Below are positions 28,400 to 37,265 of a DNA stretch of 45,366 nt, piece by piece; within the stretch, counting starts at the first letter, position 1; each line of letters starts with the position of its first letter. Where the stretch lies: positions 1 to 45,366 of IMG/VR virus record IMGVR_UViG_3300029226_000142. One strand, written 5' to 3'. The stretch comes from a virus. Its lineage: Duplodnaviria; Caudoviricetes. The position numbers and the translations under genes were made by a program. The notes under the pieces were generated by a model. It made no database searches. It saw nothing but the letters and a program-made list of their open reading frames with translations, and had not been told where the DNA came from.

Positions 28400-28551
28400 C
28401 GACCAACCCTCTCCCGCAATGGGAGCCGTGAGCTAACTGAGCGGACCCGATAAGATCAGTAGCAGCTGCGATGGGTGCGGATACCTCCTGCACATGCCCA
28501 GGCAACGCCGAGTGATTCACGTTACGGATCATTATTAATTTAGGAGCGATT

Positions 28552-29037
28552 ATGATGCCAGAGACTTATATACAAAAGCAGCGGCGCTATGCGCAGTATC
28601 GACGCCTGGAGGTGGCAAAGAAAATTCTGAATATGGATGATGATACTTTTAGGGCGCTGTTAGTGCGGTGCAGTGATGGGCGTGATATTAACTTTGCAGG
28701 TGTGCCGTCTCGCACGTTAATGGATCAACTAGGCTTGCACAAGGCCGTTGAGGAGATGAAACGTTTAGGCTTTAAACCGATATGCCCCAGCGCGCCCAGT
28801 GCGGTGGCGGATATCCGCAACTGGCGCAGGCCGCTGGTGAATAAGATCTGTGCCATCTGGATTGCGATGCATCAGGCCGGAGTGGTTAACAACCGATCCG
28901 AAGCGGCGATGATTACGTGGTGTGCCAAGGTAACCAAAAAGAACCACCTGCAATGGATGACGAAAGCAGAACTTAACCAGTGCATCGAGGGGCTTAAGCG
29001 CTGGGCGAAGCGTGAGAAGGTTACGTTGCGTGGCTGA
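28552..29037 (+). CDS. gemA: GemA / Mu gp16 (DUF1018) regulatory protein
   Basis: AK..L.MDDDT.R.LL, M.RLGF, KI.AIW..M...G.V...SE.A, IE.LK.W. Confidence 0.88.
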   Translation: MMPETYIQKQRRYAQYRRLEVAKKILNMDDDTFRALLVRCSDGRDINFAGVPSRTLMDQLGLHKAVEEMKRLGFKPICPSAPSAVADIRNWRRPLVNKICAIWIAMHQAGVVNNRSEAAMITWCAKVTKKNHLQWMTKAELNQCIEGLKRWAKREKVTLRG

Positions 29038-29461
29038 ACCTGCTGATCAGCTTGATTTGATCAACCCGAATCTGCTAACGCCTGTTGCGCGTCAGTTGGT
29101 GGCGTTGATCGGCATCGAGCAGATGATTGCGCTTTGCAAAAAGCGCGGCGGGTTTGACCTCTACATACCAAAGCAAGGGGAATCATCCTTGCTCAGCGAA
29201 ATACTCACGCCACAATCGCTCACTGCGCTGGCACAATCTGAACTAGCAGGCAAATACACCTACCTGCCCAAGGCAGATAGAGCGCTGCAACAGCTGCGGA
29301 ATATTGCGATCTGTGCGGCCAGAGAGACACATTCCGGCTCAACAGTCTCGACCGCGTTTAACCTGACACGCAGGCAGGTAAATAACATTATGAGTAAAAA
29401 GCGCGAAGAGGCACGTGAAAAATCAGATGACCCGAATGTGGAGATGTTTGGTGATGAGTGA
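29030..29461 (+). CDS. mor: Mor/C-family transcription activator
   Basis: L..LIG......L....GG..LYIP; LRN..I......G........F.LT.RQV..I; GTG start at 29030. Confidence 0.85.
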   Translation: MAEPADQLDLINPNLLTPVARQLVALIGIEQMIALCKKRGGFDLYIPKQGESSLLSEILTPQSLTALAQSELAGKYTYLPKADRALQQLRNIAICAARETHSGSTVSTAFNLTRRQVNNIMSKKREEAREKSDDPNVEMFGDE

Positions 29462-29717
29462 CAGGGCCGACGGTGACTACGTGTGTAAGCTCTTGCCAGA
29501 GGGTGTTGTTAAAAAATCATTTTATATTATATTCGACCCGTTCTCATCAACAGCGGACATAGATAAAGCGACAACGTTTAAAAGCGTAAAGGCTGTTTAT
29601 GAAAAGTATTTAAGTGTTTTTGCCTTTCCTGAAGATCATGAAAAAGATATTACTAGTGGTGACGTTGTCGCTGAACGACTTGCGCAGCACTCACTCGATT
29701 TTAACGGGGCACTATGA
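29454..29717 (+). CDS. Hypothetical protein (AT-rich)
   Basis: Overlaps the Mor stop; start inferred at MSDRAD. Confidence 0.5.
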   Translation: MSDRADGDYVCKLLPEGVVKKSFYIIFDPFSSTADIDKATTFKSVKAVYEKYLSVFAFPEDHEKDITSGDVVAERLAQHSLDFNGAL

Positions 29718-29810
29718 TGCAGCAACTGGGTCTTGAAGGTATTGGCCAACAAAAGGCTACGTTGGCTGGTTGGAAAAAAGAGAACAATATTTTTACGGAG
29801 AGATTGAGTT

Positions 29811-30260
29811 ATGAATCAGGCTGAAATTTTTTTTCCCGAGCCACCTAGGCCATTAGATATCCCTGACAATATTGGCCACCCAATTTTCCGACAGGGATAC
29901 GAAGCAGCAATGGATGACGGCGGGTACGGATTAGATAACTGCGAATACGATTTAGGCACCAACGATTATAAAATATGGATTGACGGTTTTGATTACGCTG
30001 GATTAATGAGCTGGGATTACGCTGAGAATCAAATATCCGGGCCAGCGACAATGACCCCTCAATTTAAATTTCGTGCAGGAATGAAAATTAAGTTCCGGCG
30101 TGACATATATTCTAATCCGAAATATAGCAGCCCTGAATTATTAGCCCGAAAAGGCATGGAAGGGGAAATAGTCGATAATGAGCGGTGGGATGGTTACTGG
30201 GTTAGCAGTGCACTGTGGCCTAAACTGGGGGCGCGGATTGAGTATTTTGAGCCAATATAA
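29811..30260 (+). CDS. Hypothetical protein with an Rmf-like N-terminal motif
   Basis: FRQGYEAA......NCEY......KIWIDGF; SD GGAG. Confidence 0.55.
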   Translation: MNQAEIFFPEPPRPLDIPDNIGHPIFRQGYEAAMDDGGYGLDNCEYDLGTNDYKIWIDGFDYAGLMSWDYAENQISGPATMTPQFKFRAGMKIKFRRDIYSNPKYSSPELLARKGMEGEIVDNERWDGYWVSSALWPKLGARIEYFEPI

Positions 30261-30295
30261 CAATACAATATTCCAACCTTGCAAGCTTGCAATTG

Positions 30296-30324
30296 AAAGA
30301 GCTGGCACCGTGCCAGCTCTTTTA
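30296..30324 (+). terminator. Rho-independent terminator ending the early/middle operon
   Basis: AAAGAGCTGGCAC-C-GTGCCAGCTCTTTT. Confidence 0.8.
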
Positions 30325-30466
30325 CACAGTCAATGAATGTTCAATAAACATCACATAAGATAGTCCTCTTGTTAATTTACCCGAATGCTTGACTTTTTTT
30401 TAAAACCAAACCAGGCTAGACATCGTGCCCCCTGGGCATAATACCCCGCAGTAAATAACCGCCTAC

Positions 30467-30520
30467 CTGTGAAATGTTTCACAGCTACCCCTCTACGCGC
30501 ACCGATGCCATGCTCCTATC
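30467..30520 (+). promoter_or_regulatory. Rightward late promoter with palindromic Mor/C-type activator site
   Basis: CTGTGAAA-TG-TTTCACAG at 30467-30484; 24 nt to CATGCT, then 6 nt to ATG 30521. Confidence 0.7.
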
Positions 30521-30712
30521 ATGGCGAGACCTAACCAACACCCCGAGCAAAAACCACCGCGCGTTTACTCAAGCGAGATTATTGCTCGTATGGACAATAT
30601 GCTTTTGCGTGTTCCGTTACGCCTGCGGCCGATAGTTACTGAGCATGTTTATTCAGAGATAGCGCGTCGCCATTCCGAGTTGCAACAACCAGGAGGTGAC
30701 GCATGCAGATGA
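30521..30712 (+). CDS. Small first gene of the rightward late operon
   Basis: ATG at the position matching the twin promoter; motif PR.Y...I........L..VP...R..V..HV. Confidence 0.55.
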   Translation: MARPNQHPEQKPPRVYSSEIIARMDNMLLRVPLRLRPIVTEHVYSEIARRHSELQQPGGDACR

Positions 30713-30825
30713 TGTTGTTCGAGGTAATCGTTGTCGCGTTTACGCTGGGCGGCATTCTCGGTGCTGTGATGGCGTTACATCTAAAAGATTGCAATTGCAA
30801 TTCAACCAAAGGAAAAAGATCATGA
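30703..30825 (+). CDS. 40-aa single-TM membrane peptide (holin/antiholin candidate), absent from the ORF track
   Basis: SD AGGAGGT; MQMMLFEVIVVAFTLGGILGAVMALHLKDCNCNSTKGKRS; stop overlaps the next ATG. Confidence 0.6.
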   Translation: MQMMLFEVIVVAFTLGGILGAVMALHLKDCNCNSTKGKRS

Positions 30826-31409
30826 ATCGTTTTATAACTCGAATAAGTATATTGATCATTGCGCTCTTTGCGCTCACGGGCTGCGGCAAAGAATTTACCT
30901 TGAACGTGGCGCAGTTTACAGCGGGGCTTACCACGTTGGATGCGCAATATAACACCGTGGCAGCGATGGTGGTGACGAACGCCCACCAGTTTACTGATGA
31001 TGAGCGCGCACAATTGAATGTGGCCGACCAGAATTTTAGGGGCTTACAAAAAGCGGCCCGTGCATTGATTGCCAATAGCGGTGGCGTGACGCAGGCGATG
31101 ATTCAGGCAGACCAGGTGCGGCTGCTCTACAACATGGCGCGCACCTCATACCTAGCGGTGCGAAATGTTATCTGCCCGGGTGTGGCATTAGATATGCCAG
31201 TGAGTGCGGAGCGCTGCACCCGACTGGCAACGATGCAGGCACATGAACAACGGATGTTAATTGATTTTGACCAACACGCACGGCGAACACGTGATGCGCT
31301 AGACGGTATTCTCAACGCGCCGTCGGGATCTGATGTGACGCAGCTTGTGTTTGATGCGTTAACCATTGGTGCAACAGCGGCACGGATTGCGAGATTAGGA
31401 TTAATCTGA
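30822..31409 (+). CDS. Lipoprotein (spanin candidate)
   Basis: Start ATG 30822; MNRFITRISILIIALFALTG-C lipobox; helical body. Confidence 0.7.
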   Translation: MNRFITRISILIIALFALTGCGKEFTLNVAQFTAGLTTLDAQYNTVAAMVVTNAHQFTDDERAQLNVADQNFRGLQKAARALIANSGGVTQAMIQADQVRLLYNMARTSYLAVRNVICPGVALDMPVSAERCTRLATMQAHEQRMLIDFDQHARRTRDALDGILNAPSGSDVTQLVFDALTIGATAARIARLGLI

Positions 31410-31945
31410 TGCAGTATTTAATAATGCGTAACCAGGCCAAAAGCGGCGACGTGCTGCTGGTTGAGGGCCAAGGATTTGTTAGCCGCATTATTCGCGCCGT
31501 GACCGGGCAGAATATCTCCCACGTGGCGATGCTGCTGTGGTTTGGTAATAACCTCTTTGTGTGCGAGATGAAAGAGTTTGCGGGTTACCGCCTGCGCCCT
31601 GCATCGCTGTGGGTGAAGGATGTGCTGGCAAATGGTGACCGGCTCTATTATGGCGTGATGCCGAAACGCTGGGCTGCAAACCCGCACAATGAACTGATCG
31701 GCAAGAAGATCACCGATGCCGCACTGACTTATCGCAATGAACCCTATTCATACCGCGCGCTATTTAGTGTCTGGTGGGCGCAAATTACCCGCAAAAAAAC
31801 CAATGCAGGGCTGGTGTGCAGCACCTTTGTACAGCGCTGCTGGGAGGCTGGTGGCGTTGAGTTTAAACAGACCGCAGACCCTGGTGATTATATGCACCTA
31901 TGTGAGAGTACTCACGCAATGAAAGGGGCTAGTGATGAGTGCTGA
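31409..31945 (+). CDS. Permuted papain-like NlpC/P60 (YiiX/YebB-type) cysteine hydrolase
   Basis: GDVLL, SHVAM (catalytic His first), PYSY, LVCSTFV (Cys last). Confidence 0.8.
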   Translation: MQYLIMRNQAKSGDVLLVEGQGFVSRIIRAVTGQNISHVAMLLWFGNNLFVCEMKEFAGYRLRPASLWVKDVLANGDRLYYGVMPKRWAANPHNELIGKKITDAALTYRNEPYSYRALFSVWWAQITRKKTNAGLVCSTFVQRCWEAGGVEFKQTADPGDYMHLCESTHAMKGASDEC

Positions 31946-32153
31946 AATCATGCGCGCCATCGGGCGCCTAGAGGGCAAGGTTGATGGGCTAGCAGACGGC
32001 ATCAAAGATCAAAGCAACAAGATTGACAAAATGGATGATCGCGTGCGCAAAACAGAGCTCCGCAGTGCAGCCAACGGCATGGTGGCTGGCGGCGTGATGG
32101 CGGTGGGCATTGTGATGATTAGAGAGACCTTTAAAAACATCTCCGGTTCATGA
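31935..32153 (+). CDS. Small coiled-coil protein with a C-terminal TM helix (Mu gp25/26 region, holin-like)
   Basis: IGRLEGKVD...D.R.R..E followed by GMVAGGVMAVGIVMI. Confidence 0.65.
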   Translation: MSAEIMRAIGRLEGKVDGLADGIKDQSNKIDKMDDRVRKTELRSAANGMVAGGVMAVGIVMIRETFKNISGS

Positions 32154-32164
32154 AGGGTAAATGA

Positions 32165-32683
32165 ATGGCCCATCCTCAAGCAACACGCAATGCGGTACGC
32201 AGTGCTTATGTATTCGACTGCCTCCCGCTAGAATCTGCAGCGGAACGCAACGGTGTCGGTTACCAAACGACGCGTAAATGGAAAGCGCGCGCCTCAGCAA
32301 AAGGAGACTGCTGGGATAAAGCGCGTGACGCCGCGACGTTATCGAGTGGTGATCTCGGTAAAGAAAACACATCTATCATTCAGCAGTTTGTGCGGATGTT
32401 TAATGCCGTTATTGAAGGACTGGAAGATGTTGAAGGTGAGCAGAAGGTAACCGCGATGCAGCGCGTTGAAGCATTGGCGAAACTCAGCGACGCCTACGCC
32501 AAGTTCACCAAGGCCGCAGGCGGCGGTGATAAGAGCATCGCTAAACTGGCAGTTGCCCTGGAAGTGCTAGACGAGCAAAGCAAGTTTGTACGTGCACACT
32601 ATTCAGATGACCCGGAACGCATGGCGTTTTTTATTGAGATGCTAGAACCGTTTGGGCAGCAGTTGAATGAGGTGTTTGGTTAA
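32165..32683 (+). CDS. Terminase small subunit, Mu gp27-like (DUF1804)
   Basis: MAH....R..VR..YV...L.LE.AA...GV...T...WK.....GD.WDKAR, L.KL.D, LEPFG. Confidence 0.9.
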   Translation: MAHPQATRNAVRSAYVFDCLPLESAAERNGVGYQTTRKWKARASAKGDCWDKARDAATLSSGDLGKENTSIIQQFVRMFNAVIEGLEDVEGEQKVTAMQRVEALAKLSDAYAKFTKAAGGGDKSIAKLAVALEVLDEQSKFVRAHYSDDPERMAFFIEMLEPFGQQLNEVFG

Positions 32684-32685
32684 TT

Positions 32686-34419
32686 GTGCGGGATTTAACT
32701 GAACAGGAATTCTCTGATCAATTAACCGATCTGGCTTCATCGCTCCGCCGTGACATTGAGGCCAAAGCAAACGGCCTAGACCCGGCACCAGAAAAGATTC
32801 GCGAGCGCCGTCGCCGAGTATTAGTAGATAAAGATTTCTGGTTCTTTGCAACGACTTATATGCCACATCATGTATGGGGCGAGCCTTCAAAGTTTCAGAA
32901 ACATTTTAGTCAACGTTTCCCGCAGTTATTAGATGAAAAGAGCGGCTGCCGTGAGTGGTGGGTGGCACCGCGTGGTGAGTGTAAGTCTACCCTGCTGACT
33001 AAGATCGGCCCCAGTTATATCGTCGCGTTAGGGTTATTGCAAAACCCTGATGTTAGAGCTGAACTCGATGTAACTGAAACACCGCCTTTTTTAGATTACC
33101 TGCTGTTCCTTGGTGCTGAAACAAGGATGCCAACCAAGCTTTTAGAGGTGACTAAAACAGAGCTAACCTGTAATGCCAATCTTGCAATGGACTTTCCGGA
33201 AATATGCGGCAAGGGCCACCCGTGGCGCGTGGGTGATGCGGTAACCCGCAACGGTGTGAAGCTGGAACCGTTTGGTGCTGAACAGGCGGTACGCGGTACG
33301 TTTCACGGATCGGTACGGCCAAAGGTTCTATTTGGTGATGATCTGATTACCGATAAAGAAGCAAAGAGTCCCACTGAGCGTGAAAACAGATGGAGCTGGG
33401 TGGAGAAAGCGGTCGATTATCTTGGCCCACCCGATGGCTCGGTGAAGTATCTAGGTGTCGGCACGATCCTCAATACTGATGACCCGATTAGCCGCGCAAA
33501 GAAAACAGTCGGCCATGTGGTTCATCACTTTAAAGCCATTGAACGCCTGCCGGATCATATGGATCTGTGGGAACAGTGCGAAGAGCTAATGCGTAACGAT
33601 GATAAACGGCTGATTGATAAATCAGCCAAGTCTGGTAAGACCACACCAGATGAAGCACTGCCGTCGTTCAAGTTTTATCTTAAGCATAAAAAGCAGATGG
33701 ATAAAGGGGCAATCACTTCATGGCCAGCGGTGCGTTCACTCTACTGGTTGATGCGCCAGCGCGCTAAGAATTCGAGAGCGTTTGGCACTGAGATGCAAGG
33801 TGAAGCGCGCAATGATGAAGACACGGTGTTTACTGATATTCAATACATAGTGCAGATACTCCACCACTGGCTGCCGTTTGGTGCGTGTGATCCGTCGATG
33901 GGTAAAGGTGAAACCTCCGACCCCAGTGCCTTACTGGTGGGGATGTATTGTCTGGAGTTGAAAAAACTCCATGTGATAGAGGCGGTGATTAAGCGGCGGG
34001 TGCCGAGTAAGCTGGCAGCCGACTTGATTGCGATGCAAAAAGATCATAATTGTGGGGCGTGGGGGTTTGAAAACAACAACGCGTTTGAGTACATGCGCAC
34101 ATCATTCATTGATGTGGGCATCGAGCAAAAAGTACACCTTCCGCTTGCCCCAGTAACTGCGACGGTGGCACCGGAGGTACGGATTGATGGCATGGAACCT
34201 GTTATTAACGGCTTTGATGCCAAGATTCTTTTTCATGCGCGCCTGACTCACTTGCTTAAAGAGCTAGACAATTGGCCTGAACCGCAGACTGATCACCACT
34301 ATGACGGCCTTGTTGCATTGCAAATTTTATACATGATTGCAGTGACTCGCGCAGGCCGGGGCCTTGGAAGCATTGCAACAGGCGGCCGCCGCAACGGCAC
34401 CAACACAGACGGGTATTGA
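32686..34419 (+). CDS. Terminase large subunit, Mu gp28-like
   Basis: Walker A APRGECKST, VRG....RP.....DD, VGTIL..D; nuclease motifs DPS.G...D.SA and H.DG. Confidence 0.93.
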   Translation: MRDLTEQEFSDQLTDLASSLRRDIEAKANGLDPAPEKIRERRRRVLVDKDFWFFATTYMPHHVWGEPSKFQKHFSQRFPQLLDEKSGCREWWVAPRGECKSTLLTKIGPSYIVALGLLQNPDVRAELDVTETPPFLDYLLFLGAETRMPTKLLEVTKTELTCNANLAMDFPEICGKGHPWRVGDAVTRNGVKLEPFGAEQAVRGTFHGSVRPKVLFGDDLITDKEAKSPTERENRWSWVEKAVDYLGPPDGSVKYLGVGTILNTDDPISRAKKTVGHVVHHFKAIERLPDHMDLWEQCEELMRNDDKRLIDKSAKSGKTTPDEALPSFKFYLKHKKQMDKGAITSWPAVRSLYWLMRQRAKNSRAFGTEMQGEARNDEDTVFTDIQYIVQILHHWLPFGACDPSMGKGETSDPSALLVGMYCLELKKLHVIEAVIKRRVPSKLAADLIAMQKDHNCGAWGFENNNAFEYMRTSFIDVGIEQKVHLPLAPVTATVAPEVRIDGMEPVINGFDAKILFHARLTHLLKELDNWPEPQTDHHYDGLVALQILYMIAVTRAGRGLGSIATGGRRNGTNTDGY

Positions 34420-34420
34420 T

Positions 34421-35947
34421 ATGGACAACGCTGATATTAAAAAAATGGGTGCTAAAAAACTAACGCAGGAAGTCGTAACTCACACCAGTGATCCGAGCTA
34501 CTACGCGGGCCTTGGGATGATGCCCAACCCGGACACGGTGCTGCGAAAACTAAACCGCTCCGAGGAGGTGTTTGATGCGCTGATGGGTGATGCCCATGTG
34601 CTCGGTGAGCTGCGCTCGGTACGCTCGGGTCTGCTGGGTTACGAACACCGGGTGCAAGCGGGTGGTGAGAGTGCAGCGGACATACGTGCCCATGAGCTGT
34701 GCGAAAATTATCTGAAAACCCATCGCCCGGCACCCGGTCTGCGCTGGGCTGACGTTTTTTGGAATATGGGGCTGGCAGTATTTTATGGTAGGCGTCATCA
34801 CGAGGTGGTGTGGAATAAGCAATTGATCGATGGATATCGGTTGCCGTTCAAAATCATTGACCGCCCTAATCGTCGATTCACCTTTACGACTGATAACGAG
34901 CTGCGCCTGATTACAAAGGCGACACCAGTGATGGGTGAGGAGATCGATGATAAACGGATCTTGATGACGCGCCATATGCCAAGCAGCACGAACCCTTATG
35001 GCGTGGCCGTTTTCTCTGCCTGCTTTTGGCCGTATGTTTTTAAGCATGCGGGGTTTAAGTTTTATTCCAAGTTTGTTGAAAAGTATGGCATGCCGTGGGT
35101 GTCGATTGAGATGCCTGCTGGCTCGACGGATGACCAGAGAAATGAAGCCGTTGAGCTGGCATCTAAGATGGTCGAGGATGCGATCATTGCTTTTCAGCAA
35201 GGGGGCAGTGCCAGCCTGATTGAAACCAAGCACAGCGGCAAGCCGGTACAAGAGCCTTTTATTAATCTCTGTAATCGTGAGATATCGAAGGCGATGACCA
35301 GCCAGACACAGGCGACAGAGAATCAGGGCGTCGGCAGTAATGCCGCAAGCCAATCGGCGATGGAGCGCGAGCAAAATGTACATGGTTCTGGCCGTGAAAT
35401 TATCTGCTCAACAATGGATGAGCTGTTTGCCTGGATTACCGAGGTTAATGTTGCAGGTGCCGTGCCGCCGAAGTTTCAGTTTTACCAAGAAGAAGAGGTA
35501 CAGAAAGAAAGGATTGATTTCATAAAAACGGCTACCGAGATTTTCGATGTCCCGAAAAAATGGGCCTATGACGCGCTGCAAGTACCGGTGCCACAAGATG
35601 GTGAGGAAGTACTCCAGCGCAGCGTAGCGCCAACACTACCCACCGACCGACCGTCTGAATTCAGCGCACATAGCTGCCCGCGATGCAGTACTGATTTTAC
35701 CGGCAATGAAAACAGTGAAGAAACCAACGCCACTAATATGGCCGCCGATGAGGCGGATGTCGAACTAGAAAAAATAATTGAACAAGCTGGCCAGATGTTG
35801 GCACAGTTTGAGGCGGATGGTAAATCGCTGGCTGAGTATAAGCAGGCGTTAAATGTGTTGTTGAATGATCAACCAAAAGCGCTAGCTGATAAAGCGGGGA
35901 ATGCGTTGATGGCGTCTATGTTGCAAGGTATGGAGGGTGCGGGATGA
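34421..35947 (+). CDS. Portal protein, Mu gp29-like (DUF935)
   Basis: PNPD.VLRK, D.HV, NPYG.A.FS.CFWP..FK, F.EKYGMP, CN.EISKA. Confidence 0.93.
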   Translation: MDNADIKKMGAKKLTQEVVTHTSDPSYYAGLGMMPNPDTVLRKLNRSEEVFDALMGDAHVLGELRSVRSGLLGYEHRVQAGGESAADIRAHELCENYLKTHRPAPGLRWADVFWNMGLAVFYGRRHHEVVWNKQLIDGYRLPFKIIDRPNRRFTFTTDNELRLITKATPVMGEEIDDKRILMTRHMPSSTNPYGVAVFSACFWPYVFKHAGFKFYSKFVEKYGMPWVSIEMPAGSTDDQRNEAVELASKMVEDAIIAFQQGGSASLIETKHSGKPVQEPFINLCNREISKAMTSQTQATENQGVGSNAASQSAMEREQNVHGSGREIICSTMDELFAWITEVNVAGAVPPKFQFYQEEEVQKERIDFIKTATEIFDVPKKWAYDALQVPVPQDGEEVLQRSVAPTLPTDRPSEFSAHSCPRCSTDFTGNENSEETNATNMAADEADVELEKIIEQAGQMLAQFEADGKSLAEYKQALNVLLNDQPKALADKAGNALMASMLQGMEGAG

Positions 35948-36117
35948 CGACTACCGAAGGACTTTTACTTAAAGGCATTATCAGCGAGTTACCAGAAGAG
36001 CAACAGCAGGAAATTGAAATTGCAGCTCAAAAAATTCGAGATGTTATGAATGAGCATGGTGAACTAGCTATTTTTTCTCTAACAATGGTTTCGCTAGAAC
36101 AGGAAGATAATAAATGA
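35944..36117 (+). CDS. 57-aa hypothetical protein, absent from the ORF track
   Basis: MTTTEGLLLKGIISELPEEQQQEI...; SD GGAGG; ATGA overlaps at both ends. Confidence 0.65.
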   Translation: MTTTEGLLLKGIISELPEEQQQEIEIAAQKIRDVMNEHGELAIFSLTMVSLEQEDNK

Positions 36118-36440
36118 ACATTGATATTGCACAGCTTGAATTTATTGACCAGGACTTGCGTAATATTCTGGTCTGTCTGGAATCTGAAACCGGCATTGTA
36201 TTTACGATTACCAGTTTGTACCGGATAGATGATGCGGGTGTGCATGGTACGTTACCGCTGCGGGGGGCTGATTTAAGAATGCGCAATGCCGCTGTTGGTG
36301 ATCGTATTGCACAGCTGATAAATGCCAAATGGCAGTATGATCGCCGTAGGCCAGAATTAACCTGCGCGGTGCTACATGGCGAAGGTAGCAACTTGCACCT
36401 GCATATACAGGTTCATCCTCGCACGAAGCGCAGAACATGA
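36114..36440 (+). CDS. Peptidase M15 / YcbK-like Zn peptidase, probable endolysin
   Basis: TITSLYR, H-x7-D (HGTLPLRGAD), HLHIQ. Confidence 0.75.
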   Translation: MNIDIAQLEFIDQDLRNILVCLESETGIVFTITSLYRIDDAGVHGTLPLRGADLRMRNAAVGDRIAQLINAKWQYDRRRPELTCAVLHGEGSNLHLHIQVHPRTKRRT

Positions 36441-36811
36441 TGCCACCCTTGAATGAGATGGCTCATGACTTAACGCATATTGTTTTATGCCTGGTGGCAA
36501 TTATTTTTCTATTGGGGGTGCTGTGTCTGGTTATCGGCAAGATATCGGGGCACTTTCAAGCGTTGAGTAAAAAGGCACAGCGGCGAGAGATTAAGGCTCA
36601 TAAACACTGGTTGAAAGTTTGTGTTCTCGATGAGATGAATTTCTGGTGTGTTTCTGAATTTCCACAAGTGGGTTTTACTGCTCGACATCTGAGAGATGTT
36701 CTCGATGATAAATGTGGGCACCGTGAAGCGTTGCGCGAAGGAAGATATAAAGAGCCTTCACCACCTGAGAATATTGAGGATCATGAGGGTGAGGTAAAAA
36801 GTGCTATCTGA
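36437..36811 (+). CDS. Hypothetical membrane protein
   Basis: N-terminal TM helix IVLCLVAIIFLLGVLCLVI; coupled start. Confidence 0.6.
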   Translation: MMPPLNEMAHDLTHIVLCLVAIIFLLGVLCLVIGKISGHFQALSKKAQRREIKAHKHWLKVCVLDEMNFWCVSEFPQVGFTARHLRDVLDDKCGHREALREGRYKEPSPPENIEDHEGEVKSAI

Positions 36812-37265
36812 TGCAGTGCTTTCAATCGATCGGCGTTATCGCTATCTTTTATGGCGGGGCTGGGAAGTTAATAAACCGTATGTTGTCTTTATCGGTTTGA
36901 ACCCGTCGACCGCTGATAAGATCACTGATGATCCAACCATTCGGCGCTGTATCAATTATGCAAAGGCCTGGGGTTATGGTGGCCTCTATATGGTCAACCT
37001 CTTTGCACTGCGTGCAACTGACCCACTGGAGATGATGGCTCATGCTGACCCTGTTGGTATTGGCAATGATGGATATATTAAACAGGTATGTTGTGATGCG
37101 ACGATGGTTGTAGCTGCGTGGGGTACTAACGGCCCGCACCTCGGTCGAGCTAGTGATGTGTGTAAAATGGTTCGTCCGCTGCATTGCTTGACTACCACTA
37201 AGAACGGTCAGCCGGGGCACCCGCTGTATCTTAAAAAAGATTTAAAGCCGGTACCATATGCCTGA
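36801..37265 (+). CDS. DUF1643 family protein
   Basis: YRY.L.R.W, FIGLNPSTAD..DDPTIRRC, NLFA.RATDP, AAWG, G.P.HPLY. Confidence 0.88.
   Translation: MLSDAVLSIDRRYRYLLWRGWEVNKPYVVFIGLNPSTADKITDDPTIRRCINYAKAWGYGGLYMVNLFALRATDPLEMMAHADPVGIGNDGYIKQVCCDATMVVAAWGTNGPHLGRASDVCKMVRPLHCLTTTKNGQPGHPLYLKKDLKPVPYA

Noticed and set aside
34550-35383. 277-aa minus-strand ORF (likewise 25613-26404 and 24940-25479)
   Set aside because: Shadow frames of the portal, early genes and MuB
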